From NCBI GenBank assembly GCA_038831135.1, contig JAWBKW010000002.1, positions 27,214-91,213 of the forward strand: DNA of 64,000 bases, written 5' to 3'. Below are positions 8,133-18,970 of this stretch, piece by piece (position 1 is the first letter of the stretch; every line of letters starts with the position of its first letter). The position numbers and the translations under genes are program-made. The notes under the pieces were generated by a model. The model ran no database searches. It was not told the DNA's origin and saw only the letters and a program-made list of their open reading frames with translations. The stretch is from Sulfolobales archaeon. Lineage in GTDB: Archaea; Thermoproteota; Thermoprotei_A; Sulfolobales; NBVN01.

Positions 8133-9385
8133 TAACCGCCACTACCTTCATAGGCTATCTTAACCTTAAGTAGCTCATCAACTTTAGACTTAATAATGTT
8201 TAGAGGTATTAGGCTTATAGATATGTACGTACTTCTTCCTTTCCTACCTTTCAGTGATGTTGAAGATATTAGAATTCCTAACTTCTTTAAATTTACTATA
8301 TATTCATAAAGCTTTGTATGTTTCCTAGGTTCGACGCCGTACTCCTCACATAACTTATTATATATTTCTTCAACTATGCCAGTATTTACGTAAGGATCTC
8401 CACTCTCCATCAGTGCAGTTACTACGGCCTTTAATGTAAGTAATTCATGGAAACTTAGGTATGGTAGAGCATCATTCAGCATCACCGTGTTAGGTTCAAC
8501 TATCGAGCAGGCCTTCCTAACATGATCTAGTGAAATAGTCATAACACCTTCTCTCTCAGCTATTTCACCAGCTATTAAGAGTATTTCAAGAGCGGCCCTA
8601 GCGTTTCCGGGGCCACCTTTATCACTACCTATAGTATCTGATATATACTTCAGTACATCATCAGAAACCGCCCCTTCAAATATTGATTCATCAGCTCTAA
8701 ACTTAAGTATGTCGTATAACTCGCGTGATGTATAGGGATTAAACATCACTAGGTTCTTCATTAGGTACGATTCCGTCGTTGGATCTAGCATCGATAGTGA
8801 GGTAGCGGACTTGCTTATGAATATGAAGTTCAACCTCTTGACTTTATCTGGGAACTCATCATAAACCCTGATCAAGAAGTAGATGGCATCGCTTCCGGCA
8901 ACATTAATGAAATAATCGAACTCATCTAATGCAAGTATTACGTACAAGTTCTCACTATCTATTAAGTCTAACATATAATTAAGGACTTCTCTAACAGATA
9001 AGCCTCTTTGAGGTACTGGAAGTCTTAACTGTCTTACAGCCTCATTTACTACTTCAAATAATGTACGGTCCCTATGACAATTTACATGGACGTAACTTAT
9101 GTTTAAACCTCTTCTCTTAGCTATTTGTGTGAACTCCTTACCAAATATTCTTGCGGTGACGGTTTTACCAGTACCTATACCACCCACAATCATAGCTTTA
9201 TGGCTTATGCTTCCAGGCGTTAGAAGCATAGGTTTAAATATATTTGTCAATGTTTTCAGTTCGTTTTCCCTATGCGGGAGTGAGTTAGGTAGATATTCCG
9301 GATATAATTTCTCCTTACTTTTAAATAATGACGCCCTATTCAATTCACTTTCAATTATGTTACGAATATCACTCAATAATTTCAC
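8132..9385 (-). CDS. cdc6: Orc1/Cdc6 replication initiator
   Basis: 417 aa. LPHRENE motif, Walker A GGIGTGKTV, Walker B LDEFD and a C-terminal winged helix. Confidence 0.95.
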   Translation of the reverse strand: MKLLSDIRNIIESELNRASLFKSKEKLYPEYLPNSLPHRENELKTLTNIFKPMLLTPGSISHKAMIVGGIGTGKTVTARIFGKEFTQIAKRRGLNISYVHVNCHRDRTLFEVVNEAVRQLRLPVPQRGLSVREVLNYMLDLIDSENLYVILALDEFDYFINVAGSDAIYFLIRVYDEFPDKVKRLNFIFISKSATSLSMLDPTTESYLMKNLVMFNPYTSRELYDILKFRADESIFEGAVSDDVLKYISDTIGSDKGGPGNARAALEILLIAGEIAEREGVMTISLDHVRKACSIVEPNTVMLNDALPYLSFHELLTLKAVVTALMESGDPYVNTGIVEEIYNKLCEEYGVEPRKHTKLYEYIVNLKKLGILISSTSLKGRKGRSTYISISLIPLNIIKSKVDELLKVKIAYEGSGG

Positions 9386-9590
9386 CTAACTCAACTATCA
9401 TATTAATCTTCTACGGTAATACTATATTAACTATACAGTTCATTAACTTTAGTAAATAATTAAAGAACCTATACCTAACACATAGAACAAAAGACACCGC
9501 TAAATTCTACTGATGCGAAACTATTTTTGATAATACTCATAAATACGATTTTATGCGAAGAGTAACGAGTTAGTTAATGAAAATAGAGGG

Positions 9591-10802
9591 TTACTTCCTC
9601 CTAGGTCTTTGCTCTCTAGGTCTTTCAACTTTAGTTGGTTTTGGCGGTGGTTTGGTATATGTGGTCTTGATTTCATTGATCCTTTCTTCAAGATCGGCCT
9701 TTAATTTATCCGCAATGAATCTACCGGTGAAGTAGTCGGCTTTAACAGCAATTGCTAATTTAGTGGCTAAGGACCTCGCTATCTTACCTCTTTGCCACCT
9801 AGGTGCTTTATGGATCTCAGGGTATTGGAAGATTACTCCGTGTTTGGGTGGTTTACCACCAGTCCTTAAGGCTCTGAATAACGCTTTTTCAGCACCTAAT
9901 ACCTGTATTGTACTAGCTGGTAGTTTAGCTAATGTTTCTAGGCTTCCAGTTAGGCTTAAAAGCCTAGCACCTAGTAAAGGTCCTACTAACTCTGTGGTAT
10001 TGGGTGCGACTTCCTTCATCACAGAGCTTAAGTAGGAGGTCAACTCATCACGTAACCTATCAAGTTCTAACATAATGTTGGCTAAGGTCTGTATAGGCTC
10101 TATATCGTGGTTTGAGAGTTCGGCGCCCATACTCTTTCCTGAGATGCTTATAATACGTTTCGCCTTCCCCTCACTAAACCCTAGTTTCTTCAATCCTTTC
10201 TCATCTACGTAATCCCTACTGCCTAACTCAGCTACTATTTTAGCATAGTCTATATGTTCCTTAACCAAATCATCGAGTTCAGGGAAATGTATGCTATACC
10301 ATTCCCTAAGTCTCGATGCAAATAAGTTGAAAACCTTATCAATATCGTCTATTGCTCTAATAGCCTGAACAGCTAATAAGTCCCTCTTTTGTGCTACCTT
10401 CCTTAACTTACTTCTTGTCACAGTTAGTGATAACATATGTAAGAACTCGTGATATTCTTCTTCAGATTTTATGAAACCAAGCTCAACGAAATACCTCGGT
10501 AATTCATTCTTAAACTTTAATAGAACCTCACTATCAGGTTCCGCCACCGACTTCAAGCCTAAATCACTTAGATGCTTTACATAACCTTCAATATCTACAA
10601 CAACATCTAACTCCTTACCGTAATTACCTATAATATCATTTACAAGGCTTAGAAACTCATCTGTAGGTTGATCATTCTCTATCTTTAAGACTCTTTCAAC
10701 TAACTTATTAATATCATTAGGTGCTATAACTCTATGTATGATTTTACCATTAACGTCTATAGCGAATGCACCTATTACTGTATCGGTGAGAAACACCTTC
10801 AT
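9591..10802 (-). CDS. nop5: C/D box sRNP core protein Nop5 (Nop56/58)
   Basis: 403 aa. Nop domain (LVGPLLGARLLSLTGSLETLAKLPASTIQVLGAEKALFRAL...PKHGVIFQ) and a basic KP-rich tail. Confidence 0.9.
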   Translation of the reverse strand: MKVFLTDTVIGAFAIDVNGKIIHRVIAPNDINKLVERVLKIENDQPTDEFLSLVNDIIGNYGKELDVVVDIEGYVKHLSDLGLKSVAEPDSEVLLKFKNELPRYFVELGFIKSEEEYHEFLHMLSLTVTRSKLRKVAQKRDLLAVQAIRAIDDIDKVFNLFASRLREWYSIHFPELDDLVKEHIDYAKIVAELGSRDYVDEKGLKKLGFSEGKAKRIISISGKSMGAELSNHDIEPIQTLANIMLELDRLRDELTSYLSSVMKEVAPNTTELVGPLLGARLLSLTGSLETLAKLPASTIQVLGAEKALFRALRTGGKPPKHGVIFQYPEIHKAPRWQRGKIARSLATKLAIAVKADYFTGRFIADKLKADLEERINEIKTTYTKPPPKPTKVERPREQRPRRK

Positions 10803-10994
10803 ATTGACACCTTTGATTAACTACGCTAAGGAATTTAAAAACATATTTTAAATTATATAGATAAGGTTTCACCTCCTCTAGGGGTCCAACTAAGAAGAGG
10901 AAAAGAAATCAAATCTGATAACCTCATAAATCATAATAGAGCTCAGCTCATTAAATTTTATATATCTTCATACTATCATAACGTAGGTGTATAG

Positions 10995-11189
10995 ATGCCA
11001 ACACACGGATCGATGACTAAAGCCGGTAAGGTAAGAAGTTCGACCCCTAAAATACCTCCTAAACCTAGAAGGAATTTAGTTCCTAGGGTTAGAAATAGGA
11101 GGGAATTCTGGATCAGAAAGAGAAAAGAATCAGGTCTGCCGGTGCCTATCGTAGTTCCACCATCATCAGTTCCTAGGAAGAGTAAGTGA
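10995..11189 (+). CDS. rps30e: ribosomal protein S30e (eS30)
   Basis: 64 aa. [23 protein letters not shown] is typical of eS30. Confidence 0.8.
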   Translation: MPTHGSMTKAGKVRSSTPKIPPKPRRNLVPRVRNRREFWIRKRKESGLPVPIVVPPSSVPRKSK

Positions 11190-11236
11190 CCAATTTAATA
11201 TTTTAACATTGTTTAGGTGGTATTACGGTTACGAAT

Positions 11237-12547
11237 TTGAAGCCTGGAGATTTAATTAGGGTTATTAAGGATGGTCATATAATTGAAGGAGTTTTAATGC
11301 CTTCAACGGAATTAAGTTCTAAGGATGGCGTAGTTGTTGTGAAGCTTGCTAACGGATATAACGTGGGTATATCAATAAATAATGCCCGCGTTGAAGTCGT
11401 AAAAGAGAATTATGTGGCGATGGGGATCTCTGAGGATAGAGTCACTTCAACATATGTTAAGGGTGAAGTAGGTAAGTTAATCTCCATAGTAAGTACTGGC
11501 GGCACAATAGTTAGTAAGGTGGAATACGAGACCGGTGCCGTCAGACCAGCACTAACTGCTGAGGATTTGATAAACTTTGTTCCAGAAATTAAGGAGATGG
11601 GTAGTGTTGAGGTAGTAGACCTCTATAGAATATTAAGCGAGAACATGACCCCAGATCATTGGACCTCAATATCCAGAGTAGTGGGGGAAAAAATAGTCAG
11701 TGGCGCTGACGGCGTTATAGTGGCGCATGGCACTGACACACTCTCCTATACGTCCTCCGCTTTAGCTTTCGCTCTTAGGAATTTACCGCTACCTATAGTA
11801 TTAGTCGGCTCTCAAAGGAGTAGCGATAGACCCAGCTCCGACTCAGCACTAAATTTATTAGCGTCAATTATAGTCGCGCTTAATGCACCCTTCGGCGAAG
11901 TAGTTGTAGCGATGCATGGAAGTATTTCAGACAATTACGTCTTAGTACATCGAGGTGTTAAGGTTAGGAAGACACATTCCAGTAGAAGAGATGCGTTTCA
12001 AACAATAAACGATGTGCCCTTGGCTAGGGTGGTTTTCCCTGAAAAGAAATTACTAATAATTAATAGCAAGTACTTAAGCAGATGCGGAAAGGAAGATCTA
12101 ATAATGATGCCTAATTTCGAGAGAAGGGTGGCAATCATTAAGGCTTACCCAGGACTAGACCCTGAGATAATAGACTTTCTCGTTGATAGAAAGTATAGAG
12201 GGATAGTTATTGAGGGTACCGGTTTAGGGCATATAAACGATTCATGCATACCATCCATTAAGAGAGCGGTTGAGGAAGGTATAGTTATCGCTATGGCGAC
12301 GCAGACCATTTTCGGAAGAGTTAACATGAACGTCTACACAACAGGTAGGAAGTTACTAATGGCAGGTGTTCTACCAGCTTCTGACATGTTGGCTGAAACA
12401 GCTTATGTTAAACTTTCATGGTTATTAGCAAACTTCAGTAACTTAGCGGATGTCAAGGAATTATTTATGAAGAACTTAGTTCATGAGATAAACGATGTTC
12501 ATGAAGAACACACGTATCCTAGGTGGTACCATGGAGATAAATTATGA
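11237..12547 (+). CDS. gatD: Glu-tRNA(Gln) amidotransferase subunit D
   Basis: 436 aa. Asparaginase-type core (STGGTI ... HGTDTLSYTSSAL) directly precedes gatE. Confidence 0.9.
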   Translation: MKPGDLIRVIKDGHIIEGVLMPSTELSSKDGVVVVKLANGYNVGISINNARVEVVKENYVAMGISEDRVTSTYVKGEVGKLISIVSTGGTIVSKVEYETGAVRPALTAEDLINFVPEIKEMGSVEVVDLYRILSENMTPDHWTSISRVVGEKIVSGADGVIVAHGTDTLSYTSSALAFALRNLPLPIVLVGSQRSSDRPSSDSALNLLASIIVALNAPFGEVVVAMHGSISDNYVLVHRGVKVRKTHSSRRDAFQTINDVPLARVVFPEKKLLIINSKYLSRCGKEDLIMMPNFERRVAIIKAYPGLDPEIIDFLVDRKYRGIVIEGTGLGHINDSCIPSIKRAVEEGIVIAMATQTIFGRVNMNVYTTGRKLLMAGVLPASDMLAETAYVKLSWLLANFSNLADVKELFMKNLVHEINDVHEEHTYPRWYHGDKL

Positions 12548-14444
12548 CGAAGTAGGACTTCAGGTGGGTTTAGAAGTTCATCAACAATTAGATACTAGCA
12601 GTAAGTTATTCTGTAGATGCCCTACAAAACTTTTTGAAGGTTCTGATGAAGATATCGCTAAGATTGAGAGGTATTTACGTATTGCTAGGAGTGAGACTGG
12701 TGAAGTAGATCCAGCAGCTCTCTATGAATATATGAAAGGTAAAAAGATGGTTTACCTAATACCTAAAGGTCATGTATGTGCTGTGGAACTCGATGAAGAA
12801 CCTCCGCATGAATTAAATAGGGAGGCATTAAGCATAGCAGTAGGTATTTCCATAGGATTTAAGTCTAAGATAGTTGATGAAGTACACGTTATGAGGAAGA
12901 TTGTTGTAGATGGTTCTAATACAACGGGGTTTCAGAGAACTGCTATTATAGCCTTAGGCGGTGAGATGCCGGATGATGAAGGTGTAGTTAGAATACAAAC
13001 GATATGTTTGGAGGAAGACGCTGCGAGAAAGGTAAAGGAAATAGATGGTTCCATCATCTACAACTTAGACCGATTAGGTATTCCACTTATTGAAATTTCT
13101 ACAGCACCCGATATTAGGACTCCCGAACAGACTCTTAGAGTTGCTTCTAGGATAGGTCTAATGCTTAGGCTTACTGGTAAGGCTAAGAGGGGATTAGGGA
13201 CCATTAGGCAAGATATAAACGTATCTATTAGGGGTGGGTCGAAGATAGAGATTAAAGGTATTCAAAATCTCGAAATAATCGATAAGGTTGTAGAGTATGA
13301 GGTTATGAGACAGCTATCGCTTCTTAGGATAAGAGATGAGGCTATTATGAGAGGTATTAAAGATGAGGATATATGGAATAAAGTTTTTGACGTTAGTGAG
13401 GTATTCAAAGACTCTAAAAGTAAATTAATATTGAGTAATTTAAGGGAAGGATATAAAGTATATGCCTGCGTTTTAAAGGGGTTTAAGGGATTATTGAAGG
13501 TTGAGGTACAACCAGGCAGGCGCTTCGGTACAGAACTAGCTGATTACGCTCGTGAATGGGGTGGTGTCCCAGGAATTATACATACTGATGAATTGCCTGG
13601 ATACGGTATAAGTATTGATGAAGTCAAAAAATTGTATAGGTTCTTGGGAGCCGATGAGGAGAGAGACGCAGTAGTTATGGTTGTAGGGACCGAGGACAAA
13701 TGCGTTAGGTCTCTAAACGCTGTTATAAGTAGAGCTAGGGACGCTCTCCACGGGGTACCTAAGGAGACTAGAGTAGCTAATGATGATGGAACTACTAGGT
13801 ATATGAGACCGCAACCAGGTGCTGCTAGGATGTATCCAGAGACTGATATACCTCCAGTAAGGATTGATGAAAGCATAATTAAGGATGCATTAAGATACGT
13901 ACCCAGGGACCCTTCTACAGTTTATGATGAGCTGCTCAATAAATACTCCTTGAGTCCTGAACTAGGCAAGCAACTACTGAGGAGTCCCTATATAATTCAT
14001 TTCTATGACTTAGTAAGAGAGTTTTCAAGCGATACAATATCACCTCAATACATAGCGTCATTGCTAACTATTCAGCTCAAAGGCCTAAAGACTGAAGGAA
14101 TACCAATAGAAAATATAAATATTGAGGTTATAAGGGAGGTACTCAATCTGTTAAGAAGCGGTAACTTATCAAGGGATGGGGTGATTGAGGTTTTACGTGA
14201 ATACGCGTTGGACCCTAAGAAACCTATTAATGATTTAGTAAAGAAATACGCAAAGAAAGACTTAGACGAGGTTATTAAGATAATATCTAGAATTATAGAA
14301 TTAAATCGGCAAGAACTAATGATGAAGAAAGAGAAAGCTTTCAATATAGTTATGGGGCTTGCAATGAAGGAATTACGAGGTAAAGTTGATGGTAAGGTAG
14401 TTGCTGATCTAGTTAGGACACTACTAAACGAGTTATTATTGTAA
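12531..14444 (+). CDS. gatE: Glu-tRNA(Gln) amidotransferase subunit E
   Basis: ORF is open from 12495. The homologous N-terminus (MEINYDEVGLQVGLEVHQQL) starts at 12531, overlapping the gatD stop. Confidence 0.9.
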   Translation: MEINYDEVGLQVGLEVHQQLDTSSKLFCRCPTKLFEGSDEDIAKIERYLRIARSETGEVDPAALYEYMKGKKMVYLIPKGHVCAVELDEEPPHELNREALSIAVGISIGFKSKIVDEVHVMRKIVVDGSNTTGFQRTAIIALGGEMPDDEGVVRIQTICLEEDAARKVKEIDGSIIYNLDRLGIPLIEISTAPDIRTPEQTLRVASRIGLMLRLTGKAKRGLGTIRQDINVSIRGGSKIEIKGIQNLEIIDKVVEYEVMRQLSLLRIRDEAIMRGIKDEDIWNKVFDVSEVFKDSKSKLILSNLREGYKVYACVLKGFKGLLKVEVQPGRRFGTELADYAREWGGVPGIIHTDELPGYGISIDEVKKLYRFLGADEERDAVVMVVGTEDKCVRSLNAVISRARDALHGVPKETRVANDDGTTRYMRPQPGAARMYPETDIPPVRIDESIIKDALRYVPRDPSTVYDELLNKYSLSPELGKQLLRSPYIIHFYDLVREFSSDTISPQYIASLLTIQLKGLKTEGIPIENINIEVIREVLNLLRSGNLSRDGVIEVLREYALDPKKPINDLVKKYAKKDLDEVIKIISRIIELNRQELMMKKEKAFNIVMGLAMKELRGKVDGKVVADLVRTLLNELLL

Positions 14445-14468
14445 ATTTTAAACGTAAAAAGGATTATT

Positions 14469-14807
14469 TTACTCTGAAGCCTCTATGAATATTATATTTT
14501 CTGGCGGGATGTTGAACTCGTTAACTAATATATTCCTCACCTTAACTCTATGATCTCCTTGAAGCTCAACATGTCCATCCTTTACTGTCCCTCCAGTAGC
14601 TAACTTACTCTTAAGGTGTGACGCAACCTTCCATAAATCAAATACTGCCTGATCTAATCCTTCAATAACTGTAACTTCTTTACCGAACTTCCTTTTTTCA
14701 ACCTTAATCTTTACAACCTGTTGCTCAGCACCTAACTGAACACATAATTCAGGGGGTAAGCCACCGCATAAGGCTTCTATATCAACCCTACTATTTCTTC
14801 CTTTCAT
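14469..14807 (-). CDS. translation initiation factor aIF1 / SUI1
   Basis: 112 aa. [20 protein letters not shown] ... [23 protein letters not shown] is the SUI1 fold signature. Confidence 0.85.
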   Translation of the reverse strand: MKGRNSRVDIEALCGGLPPELCVQLGAEQQVVKIKVEKRKFGKEVTVIEGLDQAVFDLWKVASHLKSKLATGGTVKDGHVELQGDHRVKVRNILVNEFNIPPENIIFIEASE

Positions 14808-14905
14808 CTCACACCCTTACAATATGGATGTTTTACATAGACGTTAATAAACTTTTTCGAATAACCATACCATCTAAAACCTTTACCTGTGAAGTAAGGA
14901 GGAGG

Positions 14906-15061
14906 TTACTCAGCCTTAACCCTCTTCCACACATCCTTCCTAATTTTAACTATAACCCTAGATGAACAGTAAGGACAGCTTATTCTTTCTATCAACTCTA
15001 TCTCTTTATTTGAAAATGTCCGTCCACACATCCAGCACTTATATAGTATTTCTCCACTCAT
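14906..15061 (-). CDS. rpoP: RNA polymerase subunit P (Rpo12)
   Basis: Not in the ORF track; I translated it by hand. The 51-aa product is MSGEILYKCWMCGRTFSNKEIELIERISCPYCSSRVIVKIRKDVWKRVKAE. The zinc ribbon YKCxxCG...CPYC closely resembles Sulfolobus RpoP. Confidence 0.8.
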   Translation of the reverse strand: MSGEILYKCWMCGRTFSNKEIELIERISCPYCSSRVIVKIRKDVWKRVKAE

Positions 15062-15168
15062 ACTTCATCTCACTACTGATCTAGGAAGCATTTAAACATT
15101 TAAAAATATCCATTAATTCATATTAAAGCTTTAAAATCCTAGTACATTAGTAGAAATAAGGGATCGTA

Positions 15169-15246
15169 GCGCCGGGGTAGCTCAGCCTGGTAGAGCGCCG
15201 GGCTGTTAACCCGGTGGTCGGAGGTTCGAGTCCTCCCCCCGGCGCC
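15169..15246 (+). tRNA. tRNA-Asn (GTT)
   Basis: Cloverleaf read by eye. Acceptor GCGCCGG/CCGGCGC, anticodon loop CTGTTAA, T-arm GGAGGTTCGAGTCCTCC. Confidence 0.9.
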
Positions 15247-15340
15247 ATTAACGAAGTCCTCCACATTGGAAAACTTATCTATAATTACCTTACCTTTAGA
15301 AGAGTTCTTAATCCTAAGACCTCAAATATTGGTGGGAAGT

Positions 15341-17368
15341 TTAATAGTTGCTATTATTGATTGTAAGTAGATAGTCAATAACATCTTTCGAGAATTTCCC
15401 TAAGTACTTAATTTTACTTAATTTCTTCAAGTACTCGTTCCAATCGATCCCTAATTTACGTTTCCACACTCCATATAATTGTTTAAGGTTTTTATAAGCT
15501 ATTAAATGATATTCACATAAGTGAATACCGTCAACTACTTCGTAGCTACTTCTTTCGCATATTTGGCATTTGACCCTATTATTCGATCCTATTATTTTGA
15601 GTACTTCTTCATTGTTTTCTTTATTTATTCTCTCTTTAAAAACATCTAACTTATTCTTAAGCAATTGCTTCGCCTCAGAAATCACAAATATCCGAGTAGT
15701 AGTACCTTTAATAATATTGTTTAGTAATTCCTCGAACTTCCTAGTTAAGTCAACACTAGTTAAGTCGCTGAAGAAATTGCTTAAGACTTTAACTACTTGA
15801 AATCCCAATTCTGTTACCTCTACATACTTAGATGATGTTTTCAAGTACTCCCTCCTGAATAGATTCTCTATAATTTCTGCTCTAGTTGCCTCAGTGCCGA
15901 TGCCTACGGACTCCATCCACTTAAGCATAGATGTTTTAGTATATCCTTGAGGAGGCCTACTATAGGTAGTTAATACCTTAACATCCGCGACATCAATGAA
16001 GTCTCCTGCCTTAAGTAGGGGTACCTCCTTACTTGCAAATCTTATGTATGGGTAGTACCTCGACCAGCCATTACTTATTACCTTAGAACCACTTAATGAA
16101 AATCTGTACGTATCAAAGACGATGATGTTTTTAACTCTCCTTAAGTGAATTGAGTCAGCGAACGAGGCTAGGTATCTCCTTACAATTAAGTCGTATACTT
16201 TAGCAGCATCATTCCTTAAACCTTTTGATGGTTTATATCCTGTAGGATATATTGCTGGGTGGGCAGGATCGTCCTTCTCCCCCTCGCTGGGGATTAACCT
16301 ATCCTTAGCTAGCAGCTCATTGGATAATAGACTATATTCTCTAATCTTAGCTAAATTAGATATTATCTCTCTATTATTTAAATTCCTAGGGAGTTTCTGA
16401 CTATTAGTTCTTGGATAACTAATCAGTGAGTCTAAGTATAATTCCTCAGCTATCGAAAGTGTCTTAGAGGGTGAATATCCGTAAATCCTTGAAGCCTCGT
16501 ACTGAAGGTCAGGCAGGTTAAACGGTGATGGCGGATGTATATAAACATCACGAACTTCAGACTCATTAACCTTTAACTGTTTGTTTTTCTTTATTCGCTC
16601 CGATAACGACCTAACCAGACCTAAATCATCAAACGGATCAAATAAATTTTCTAGTAAGTATTTACTGCCATCAATAACTACCTTAACGCTTAATGAGAAC
16701 TTCACATCAGGTACGAAAGTACTAATGTCTAAGAAGTTACGGACAACCTCAACAAGTGTTGGGGATTGAACCCTCCCAGCACTCAATACCAGCCTTCTCT
16801 TATAAATCCTCCCAAATACATCAGATAAAGCTCTGCTGACGTTGATGCCCCATAACCAGTCAAGCTCATGTCTACATAGACCAGCTTCAATCATATCCCA
16901 ATCAATAGGTTTTAAATCATTAAATGCTTGTCTTAACTCGTCCATGGTTAAGCTTGAGAACTTCATCCTCTTAGACTTCTTAGGGTCTCCGAAGTTAGAT
17001 ATAATCATATAACCTATTACGGAACCCTCAATATCATAATCACATGCATTAATGTACTCAGAAGCATCCCTCGATAACTTATTCAGTAATTTAAAATAAT
17101 TCGTTAGGAACTTCGCATTGCGGTCTTCAACCCATCTAGGGACCCATCTATAATTAAATACTGGGTAACTACCCTCATTACCGGATAAAGTGAATAAGTG
17201 ACCCGCAGCACCTACTACAACTATTAATTTACCTCTGACCCGTCCAACCCAGTACGGGATTCCGTAGTCTCTATGCTTCTCATTTAGGCCTAATGCCATA
17301 GCTATTTTAGCAGCAGCCCTAGGTTTCTCAGCAATTATAAGGGTATGATCCTTAATCTGCGCATTCAT
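15341..17368 (-). CDS. topA: DNA topoisomerase IA (topoisomerase III-like)
   Basis: 675 aa. N-terminal TOPRIM (LIIAEKPRAA, DYDIEGS), type IA core (SAGRVQSPTL) and a C-terminal zinc ribbon. Confidence 0.9.
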   Translation of the reverse strand: MNAQIKDHTLIIAEKPRAAAKIAMALGLNEKHRDYGIPYWVGRVRGKLIVVVGAAGHLFTLSGNEGSYPVFNYRWVPRWVEDRNAKFLTNYFKLLNKLSRDASEYINACDYDIEGSVIGYMIISNFGDPKKSKRMKFSSLTMDELRQAFNDLKPIDWDMIEAGLCRHELDWLWGINVSRALSDVFGRIYKRRLVLSAGRVQSPTLVEVVRNFLDISTFVPDVKFSLSVKVVIDGSKYLLENLFDPFDDLGLVRSLSERIKKNKQLKVNESEVRDVYIHPPSPFNLPDLQYEASRIYGYSPSKTLSIAEELYLDSLISYPRTNSQKLPRNLNNREIISNLAKIREYSLLSNELLAKDRLIPSEGEKDDPAHPAIYPTGYKPSKGLRNDAAKVYDLIVRRYLASFADSIHLRRVKNIIVFDTYRFSLSGSKVISNGWSRYYPYIRFASKEVPLLKAGDFIDVADVKVLTTYSRPPQGYTKTSMLKWMESVGIGTEATRAEIIENLFRREYLKTSSKYVEVTELGFQVVKVLSNFFSDLTSVDLTRKFEELLNNIIKGTTTRIFVISEAKQLLKNKLDVFKERINKENNEEVLKIIGSNNRVKCQICERSSYEVVDGIHLCEYHLIAYKNLKQLYGVWKRKLGIDWNEYLKKLSKIKYLGKFSKDVIDYLLTINNSNY

Positions 17369-17378
17369 AGCAGTAGAC

Positions 17379-18554
17379 CTATATAGGAGGTAATGGTGTT
17401 GAGAGAGTTAAGATTAAGAAGTAAATTATGAGGATTCTAGTCTTAATGCTTATTGGTGCGGAAGTCTCAAGCATGTTAGCCACCCCAATATGTGGTTTAA
17501 ACCCTGACAAGAATAATGCGAGGATAGAGAAAACCCCTAGCCAGACTAAGGCACCGTTTAAAAATAGGGTAGACATTAATGAGAAGATAACCATGATTAA
17601 TACAGTAACGAGACTTATCATAGAATGTGTTTTAACTGATGTAACTCCTCTAATAACATGACCACCATCTAATTGCCCTATCGGGAGTAAGTTAATGAAA
17701 TGTATTAGAATCATTATCAGAGACGCATACGCTGCTGGATTAAGTACCGTCACGAATCTCCCATCAGACAGCATCTCTATTAAGTTCATAATGAGGTACA
17801 CCGATACAGGAACTATCTCTATATATCCTAGTAGTCCCTCACTTAGAGCGGCCTGCGCTACCTCTATAGGGATTCTAGGTGATAGTGAGTAACTAATTGA
17901 GAATATAATTAATGACGTGATGAATCCCATAAGCGGTCCTGAAATCCCTAACCTCAGTAGTGCTGTTAAATTCTTCGGTAAGAACTCCATCCTAACTATT
18001 GCGCCGAAAGTACCTAATGGTGAGATGATAGGTGCTGGAATAAAGATGGGGTATGAGGCCGGAATATTAGATTCTTTAACAATCAGTAAATGACCTACTT
18101 CATGCATTATTAAAGGAATAAGCACGCTTAATGCGAAAAGACTCATTTCATAGATAATTCTACTCTGGGCAACCCTACTCCCTAACAAACTTAAGTTATT
18201 GCAAAAGTTAAGAGATATAAAATAACCAGTAATTAATACCGAAATTAGAGTTAACCCGAAAAGAATGGATGAAAGTCTGTAAACGTTGAGGCGGGCCTTA
18301 CCACCATTTATAACTCTTAAAACAGTGACGTCTCCAGTATTATATAGTATTGGGTAATAGTTCATTACAACTAACTCATCATATAATTTACTAAAGGATT
18401 TCTCCATATCTTCCTTACTAGAGATAACCACATACTCTGTGAAGGTATTATTTCTAAAACTCTCAATTACACTGAAAAACTTATTTATAATTGTCATTAG
18501 TTCTAAGGCATTACTTTTTTCATTACTATTCAAGGCCGAAGACACAAAATTCAC
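17379..18554 (-). CDS. M50-family (site-2 protease-like) membrane metalloprotease
   Basis: 391 aa, polytopic. HEVGH zinc motif and LLPIGQLDGGH second motif. Confidence 0.7.
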   Translation of the reverse strand: MNFVSSALNSNEKSNALELMTIINKFFSVIESFRNNTFTEYVVISSKEDMEKSFSKLYDELVVMNYYPILYNTGDVTVLRVINGGKARLNVYRLSSILFGLTLISVLITGYFISLNFCNNLSLLGSRVAQSRIIYEMSLFALSVLIPLIMHEVGHLLIVKESNIPASYPIFIPAPIISPLGTFGAIVRMEFLPKNLTALLRLGISGPLMGFITSLIIFSISYSLSPRIPIEVAQAALSEGLLGYIEIVPVSVYLIMNLIEMLSDGRFVTVLNPAAYASLIMILIHFINLLPIGQLDGGHVIRGVTSVKTHSMISLVTVLIMVIFSLMSTLFLNGALVWLGVFSILALFLSGFKPHIGVANMLETSAPISIKTRILIIYFLILTLSTPLPPI

Positions 18555-18565
18555 TACTCGGAGTT

Positions 18566-18871
18566 TTAAACTGCCACCGTCTTATAAAACTTTTCTTCAA
18601 GCTCTAAAAGCTTTTTAACAGGTATTAGTTCTCTCTCACCGTTAGGTTTAACCCTAATTATAGTTATTGGTAATACACCCCTCTTCAATTCTTCAATAGC
18701 TATAATTACGTTATCTCTAGGTAGTTTACTTACATCGATCAGTGGAGGAGCTCCTAAAGATAACTGAAGAGCTCTCGCACTAACTATACGTGCCTTCTCA
18801 TACCGTGTGAGCTTAGGAGGTCCGACCTTAACCCCTGTAAATTCCTTTAATTTCTCCGATACTGTCTGCAT
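18566..18871 (-). CDS. rpoK: RNA polymerase subunit K (Rpo6)
   Basis: 101 aa. [25 protein letters not shown] is the Rpo6/omega-like signature. Confidence 0.85.
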   Translation of the reverse strand: MQTVSEKLKEFTGVKVGPPKLTRYEKARIVSARALQLSLGAPPLIDVSKLPRDNVIIAIEELKRGVLPITIIRVKPNGERELIPVKKLLELEEKFYKTVAV

Positions 18872-18970
18872 ACACTCAACACCGCAAGTAGAAAATCATA
18901 TTTAGAGATAAAAAATATTTATTGTGTAGTATATATTAGTTCCTATCTCTTCATTTCTTTGTTAATGGTG

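Noticed and set aside
9591-10802. nop5 is not followed by a fibrillarin gene, although the two are adjacent in many archaea.
   Set aside because: Absence from one window says nothing about the genome; fibrillarin is probably encoded elsewhere. It is not anomalous enough to report.
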